Assembly (NCBI GenBank): GCA_964372915.1
Contig: CAYJRN010000002.1
Coordinates: forward strand, 65,409 to 129,408
DNA length: 64,000 bases
Direction of reading: 5' to 3'
DNA from: an uncultured Planctomycetales bacterium
Lineage (GTDB): Bacteria; Omnitrophota; Gorgyraeia; Zapsychrales; JAHFFX01
The position numbers and the translations under genes are program-made. How positions within the stretch are numbered: the stretch's first letter is position 1; every line of letters begins with the position of its first letter. Below, piece by piece: positions 61,101 to 64,000 of this stretch. The notes beneath the pieces were generated by a model. The model was not told the origin of the DNA and ran no database searches. It saw only the letters and a list, made by a program, of their open reading frames with translations.

Positions 61101-61248
61101 GCGCTCGATGGGAGCGACCAGAATCGAGAAGAGCACGCTGGATATCACCAAGTACAGTAACGTCATCGGCCAGCGCCAGCGCGAAGAAAAGGGCAAGGTC
61201 AATTCGGGCAAGGGAGAATCGTCTCAGGATTGCGAAGCGTGTCAGTAA
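58138..61248 (+). CDS. nrdA: Ribonucleoside-diphosphate reductase alpha subunit (class I, with N-terminal ATP-cone domains)
   Basis: ATP-cone (KVKKRSGQIVTFNPSRIANAI). Catalytic core with NLCTEI and C-terminal redox tail (CEAC). RBS GGGAGGA before ATG 58138. Confidence 0.9.
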   Translation: MSHETMISSNMKVKKRSGQIVTFNPSRIANAIANAFKEFHRLPREVDLTPENLQSAEKVTRCVLSVLKERSLNKEYLSVEEIQDEVIRQLYENAFKEVGERYASYRRHHAARRALFELYTTTKRDGKAVSFKPEKITLAIAKAFQASNNDELNEILIEKARELSDKVVAEIKKLWPEGKSVNIEEIQDIVERTLMSSGYHDVARRYIIYREERAKIRQTESRLEEVSVAWAKNLVIKTDAGEERPIDLDSLRFQIETCCKGLADVSAEKILHESLKNYYNGITETKMAASNIMAARSFIEREPNYSFVAARLLLLMEYREALGHEINFEQMQEEYAAYFSQYIKRAVQLDLLSLELLGFDLEFLGKQLDTTRDFLFRYMGLQTLYDRYFIHWEERRMELPQIFWMRVAMGLAQNEGEEKNRRAVKFYNILSTFRFISSTPTLFNSGTRHSQLSSCFLTTVMDDLFHIFKCIQDDAMLSKWSGGLGNDWTNVRSMGSRIKGTNGRSQGVIPFLKVANDTALAVNQGGKRQGAMCAYLEVWHLDIEEFLELRKNTGDDRRRTHDMHTANWIPDLFMKRVKTNGNWTLFSPSETPDLHSLFGQAFEKRYAEYEALAQQGKIKIFKTVAALQLWRKMLSMLFETGHPWITFKDPSNIRSPQDHVGVVHSSNLCTEILLNTSKEETAVCNLGSINLSVHTTIDGINRELLKETIATAIRMLDNVIDTNYYPTVESQKSNARHRPVGLGIMGFQDALYHRNISYASQEAVRFADESMEAVSYYAILGSIKLAEERGSYPTYTGSKWDRGFLPLDTLDLLEKERGGYLSVDRSSTMDWTPLRQELKKHGLRNSLIMAIAPTATIANIVGVTASIEPVYKNVFVKSNLSGEFTVVNEYLVEDLKKLGLWDQDMINDLKYFDGSVQEISRIPENLKAKYATAFEVDYEWIIEAASRRQKWIDMGQSLNLYQAKPSGKKVSDMYMLAWERGLKTTYYLRSMGATRIEKSTLDITKYSNVIGQRQREEKGKVNSGKGESSQDCEACQ

Positions 61249-61290
61249 CACATTGAATTTTAATTTATTTCATTGACGAAGGAGCAAAGC

Positions 61291-62373
61291 ATGTCCGAAG
61301 TTATTCCTAAAGAAAAAGAATGCAAAACATCCAATTCAGTGATTCGTATGACCAAAATTCGCGTATCGGCGGAAAAAAAATTTCTGATTAACAACGGCCG
61401 AACCGTCGATGTCAATCAACTGGTCCCCATCAAATACAAATGGGCCTGGCACTTTTATCTGGACGGCTGCGCCAACCACTGGATGCCCACGGAAGTCTCC
61501 ATGCAAAGAGACATCGAGCAATGGAAAAACCCCAAGGCCTTTACGGCGGATGAACGCCACGTCATCAAAAGAAATCTGGGATTTTTTTCAACCGCCGAAA
61601 CTTTGGTCGGTAACAACATCGTTCTTTCCATTTATAAATTGGTGGATAATCCCGAATGCCGCCAATACCTTTTAAGGCAGGCTTTTGAAGAAGCCATCCA
61701 CGTGCACGCCTTCCAGTACATTATTGAATCTTTGTCCATGGACGAGGGAGAGCTTTTCAACATGTACCGCGAGAATAAAGAAATTTATGAGAAGGACGAA
61801 TTCTCGATGAGCTGTACCGACGGGATTCTCGATGAGAACGTGGATTTAACGACCTTGGAGGGTAAACAAAAATTCCTTAATAATCTCGTCAGTTTTTATG
61901 TCGTCACGGAAGGGATCTTTTTCTACAGCGGTTTTGTGACGATGCTTTCCTTCGGGCGGCAGAACCGCATGCCGGGGACCTGTGAGCAGATCCAGTACAT
62001 CTTGCGCGATGAAAGCATCCATATGAATTTCGGAATTCAACTCATTAACGGAATTATCGAGGAGAATCCGGAAATCTGGACTCCGGAATTTCAGACCCAT
62101 CTGATTCACCGCATCAAAACCGCCGTTGAGCTTGAAGTCAATTACGCCAAGGAATGCCTGCCCAACGGCGTTTTGGGTTTGAATGTGCCGCTGTTGCGTG
62201 AATACGTTCGATACATCGCCGACCGGCGCTTGGAAAAGCTCCACTTACCTAAGCAGTACAATTCTGATAATCCATTCCCTTGGATGAGCGAGGTCATTGA
62301 CTTAAAGAAAGAGAAAAATTTCTTCGAAACGCGGGTGACCGAGTATCAAACCGGCGGAGCTCTCGAGTGGTAA
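61291..62373 (+). CDS. nrdB: Ribonucleoside-diphosphate reductase beta subunit
   Basis: Di-iron/tyrosyl radical motifs ([21 protein letters not shown]). RBS GAAGGAG. Confidence 0.9.
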   Translation: MSEVIPKEKECKTSNSVIRMTKIRVSAEKKFLINNGRTVDVNQLVPIKYKWAWHFYLDGCANHWMPTEVSMQRDIEQWKNPKAFTADERHVIKRNLGFFSTAETLVGNNIVLSIYKLVDNPECRQYLLRQAFEEAIHVHAFQYIIESLSMDEGELFNMYRENKEIYEKDEFSMSCTDGILDENVDLTTLEGKQKFLNNLVSFYVVTEGIFFYSGFVTMLSFGRQNRMPGTCEQIQYILRDESIHMNFGIQLINGIIEENPEIWTPEFQTHLIHRIKTAVELEVNYAKECLPNGVLGLNVPLLREYVRYIADRRLEKLHLPKQYNSDNPFPWMSEVIDLKKEKNFFETRVTEYQTGGALEW

Positions 62374-62381
62374 ATGACGAC

Positions 62382-62419
62382 GCAACTTATGGACGTGCAG
62401 AGCACGGAACATAAGTTGC
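62382..62419. repeat. Hairpin family C, copy 2 (gcaacttatg - 18 nt - cataagttgc) just 3' of nrdB
   Basis: Same 9-10-bp stem sequence as 38456-38498. The loop contains its own mini-hairpin (cgtgc aga gcacg). Confidence 0.6.
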
Positions 62420-62474
62420 AGTCGGAATTTATCCTGAGCGAACGCTAGTGAGCGAAGGATTACCTTAAAATAAA

Positions 62475-62510
62475 ACCCTGTCCCGGTTTAATGCCAGGGC
62501 AGGGTTTTTT
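62475..62510 (+). terminator. Rho-independent terminator after nrdAB (ccctgtcccgg ... ccagggcaggg + TTTTTTC)
   Basis: GC-rich hairpin followed by a T-run. Confidence 0.65.
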
Positions 62511-62582
62511 CTTTAGGAAATCGGTGTTTCACAAAACGATCGAACCCAATCGTTAGACGCACCAAAAAATTAGAAATCAAGT

Positions 62583-63389
62583 ATGGTAAATATTTCATCT
62601 CTTTCTTGGGATCAGAAACTTCGCATTGTCCTAAGCGCGATCTCCGAGAACAACGGCGTCGCAAAAATGTCCGAAATTTATCAAGCTGTTGAAAAGCACC
62701 TAGCTGGCTCAAGATTGTCAAAGCAAGATAAAGATAGTCTGCGTAATTTGGTTAACCGGCAAGCCGTGAGAAAGGGTTACATTTATCAGCACGACCGCCA
62801 AAAACCTGGATGGCGTAGGACACCTAAGGGAAGGCAACTACTTGACTCTGAAGCACCTTCAACGGCTGTTATGGTACCAGCGGCAATTTGTCTTTCGGGG
62901 CCACCAGTTCATGTTGAGACCAAGGATTTGGCCGATGAAGAGATTGATCAAGCGATTAAGGCAAATCGCCTTCGGATTGGAATTGTGGGGACAGCCAGTG
63001 AGTCAATCCTTGCTCGGCGTCGCATAGGTCAGCAACGACTCAGAGAACTGACTCTTTTCAATTACTCCTCGACCTGTGCGCTCTGCGATGTGAACGAATC
63101 TTCGTTACTGGTAGCCAGTCATATCGTTGGGTGGGCGGAAAATCCTGAGGCGCGCGGCATATTGTCCAACCTTATATGTCTCTGCCGATTTCATGACCCG
63201 TTGTTTGAGCTGGGCTATTGGTCTCTTACTGATGACCTTTCAGTCCTCAAAAAATCCTGCGAGAAAAGTCGCATCATTGCGCTGCTGCTCGATCTCTCGA
63301 TGCAGTTTCGAAGACCCCGCGATCATCCACCCGACCCGTCGTTTCTACGGCCGCATCGATTGCGTTGCGGTTTCGATGTAAGCATGTGA
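62583..63389 (+). CDS. HNH-family endonuclease (HNH_2-like: CxxC...HIVGW....G.....N.I.LC..HD..FE)
   Basis: C-terminal motif CALCDVNESSLLVASHIVGWAENPEARGILSNLICLCRFHDPLFELGYWSL. N-terminal roughly 150 aa of unknown function, possibly DNA-binding. Confidence 0.55.
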   Translation: MVNISSLSWDQKLRIVLSAISENNGVAKMSEIYQAVEKHLAGSRLSKQDKDSLRNLVNRQAVRKGYIYQHDRQKPGWRRTPKGRQLLDSEAPSTAVMVPAAICLSGPPVHVETKDLADEEIDQAIKANRLRIGIVGTASESILARRRIGQQRLRELTLFNYSSTCALCDVNESSLLVASHIVGWAENPEARGILSNLICLCRFHDPLFELGYWSLTDDLSVLKKSCEKSRIIALLLDLSMQFRRPRDHPPDPSFLRPHRLRCGFDVSM

Positions 63390-63461
63390 GTCGTCAAATA
63401 TTTTATTTTTTGAAGTTTAATTCTTCGGATGTTATACTATTGATAGTAAAGGAGAGGATTA

Positions 63462-63722
63462 GTGCCGGTCATATCAAGGTTTTATGGTATTGTGATTTTG
63501 ATGTTTTTTCAGGACCATCCTCCACCTCATTTTCATGCGAAGTATGAGGGACAGCTCGCAGTTTATAGCATAAAAAGTTGCCGTTTACTGGCAGGAAAAT
63601 TGCCGCCAAGAGCCACGAGACTTATAAAAGAATGGGCCGAGATTCATGAAAAAGAACTCATCGAAGATTGGGACATCGCCCAAAAGGAAGGTAAATTAAA
63701 AACAATCGAGCCATTATTATGA
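63462..63722 (+). CDS. DUF4160 family protein
   Basis: GTG start with RBS AAAGGAGAGG. Conserved N-terminus ISRFYGIVILMFFQDHPPPHFHAKY. Forms the frequent DUF4160/DUF2442 gene pair. Confidence 0.6.
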   Translation: MPVISRFYGIVILMFFQDHPPPHFHAKYEGQLAVYSIKSCRLLAGKLPPRATRLIKEWAEIHEKELIEDWDIAQKEGKLKTIEPLL

Positions 63723-63973
63723 AAATCATCATCGCCAGAGAAGTCATAGAAGCCAAAATTATCAAGGATTATACCGTTGAATTAGTTTTTAATGATTTTA
63801 AGAAAGGTATTATTGATCTCCGTAAGTATTTGGGCCGGGGGATTTTTAAAGGATTGTTAGACCAAAAGAAATTCCGCCAAATGAAAGTCGACGCTGAATT
63901 AGGGACCATTTGCTGGCCTAATGGCGCCGACATTGCCCCCGATACACTTTATTGGGAAGTACAATTCCGTTAA
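63719..63973 (+). CDS. DUF2442 family protein
   Basis: 84 aa. Start overlaps the stop of the DUF4160 gene. Typical paired arrangement. Confidence 0.6.
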   Translation: MKIIIAREVIEAKIIKDYTVELVFNDFKKGIIDLRKYLGRGIFKGLLDQKKFRQMKVDAELGTICWPNGADIAPDTLYWEVQFR

Positions 63974-64000
63974 AATCTGAAGAGGTTTACTCACATGCCT

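Overview
This is a 64 kb bacterial chromosomal window that is mostly housekeeping genes, with two accessory patches and several families of small palindromic repeats. There is no rRNA, tRNA or CRISPR array.

Housekeeping content, 5' to 3':
- A cytochrome-oxidase accessory cluster: subunit IV-like, coxB, ctaA, ctaB, SCO1 and a DUF420 protein.
- Two tandem ferredoxins on the minus strand.
- acnA, leuCD, ilvD, aroC, an SDR oxidoreductase and an MBL hydrolase.
- A deletion-derivative IS remnant (ISNCY/IS481-like) with terminal inverted repeats.
- A guaB-like IMPDH without the CBS domain, followed by guaA.
- dnaE, an HU/IHF-like protein, hisS and aspS.
- phoH, a pgpH-like 7TM-HD protein, ybeY and recO.
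- A RelE/RHH toxin-antitoxin pair.
- A Hel308-like Ski2 helicase on the minus strand.
- thiC, an unknown FMN-type TIM-barrel protein on the minus strand, and bioB.
- korAB (2-oxoacid:ferredoxin oxidoreductase) and trxB.
- A complete classical menaquinone operon (menG/ubiE, menF, menD, menB, menA, menC, menE plus a thioesterase), interrupted by a BrnT/BrnA toxin-antitoxin pair.
- aqpZ, tpx, sod and nrdAB.

Accessory patches:
- An AT-rich island (about 43.3-46.2 kb) carrying a GHKL-ATPase plus STAS-like pair and three lipoproteins.
- A terminal patch with an HNH nuclease and a DUF4160/DUF2442 pair.

The most unusual signals are:
- Four families of short palindromic, MITE-like repeats. One copy sits in frame inside menF, and two copies sit in the 5' leaders of two unrelated minus-strand genes.
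- A 5 x 24-nt tandem repeat that encodes a Lys/Arg-rich N-terminal extension fused to GuaA.
- A bacterial-type AspRS that lacks the GAD insertion domain.
- A BrnT toxin gene with an apparent 1-nt frameshift in a poly-A run.

Coordinates of CDS starts were derived from the supplied ORF frames. Coordinates of purely nucleotide-level elements such as promoters and repeats are approximate, to within a few bases.
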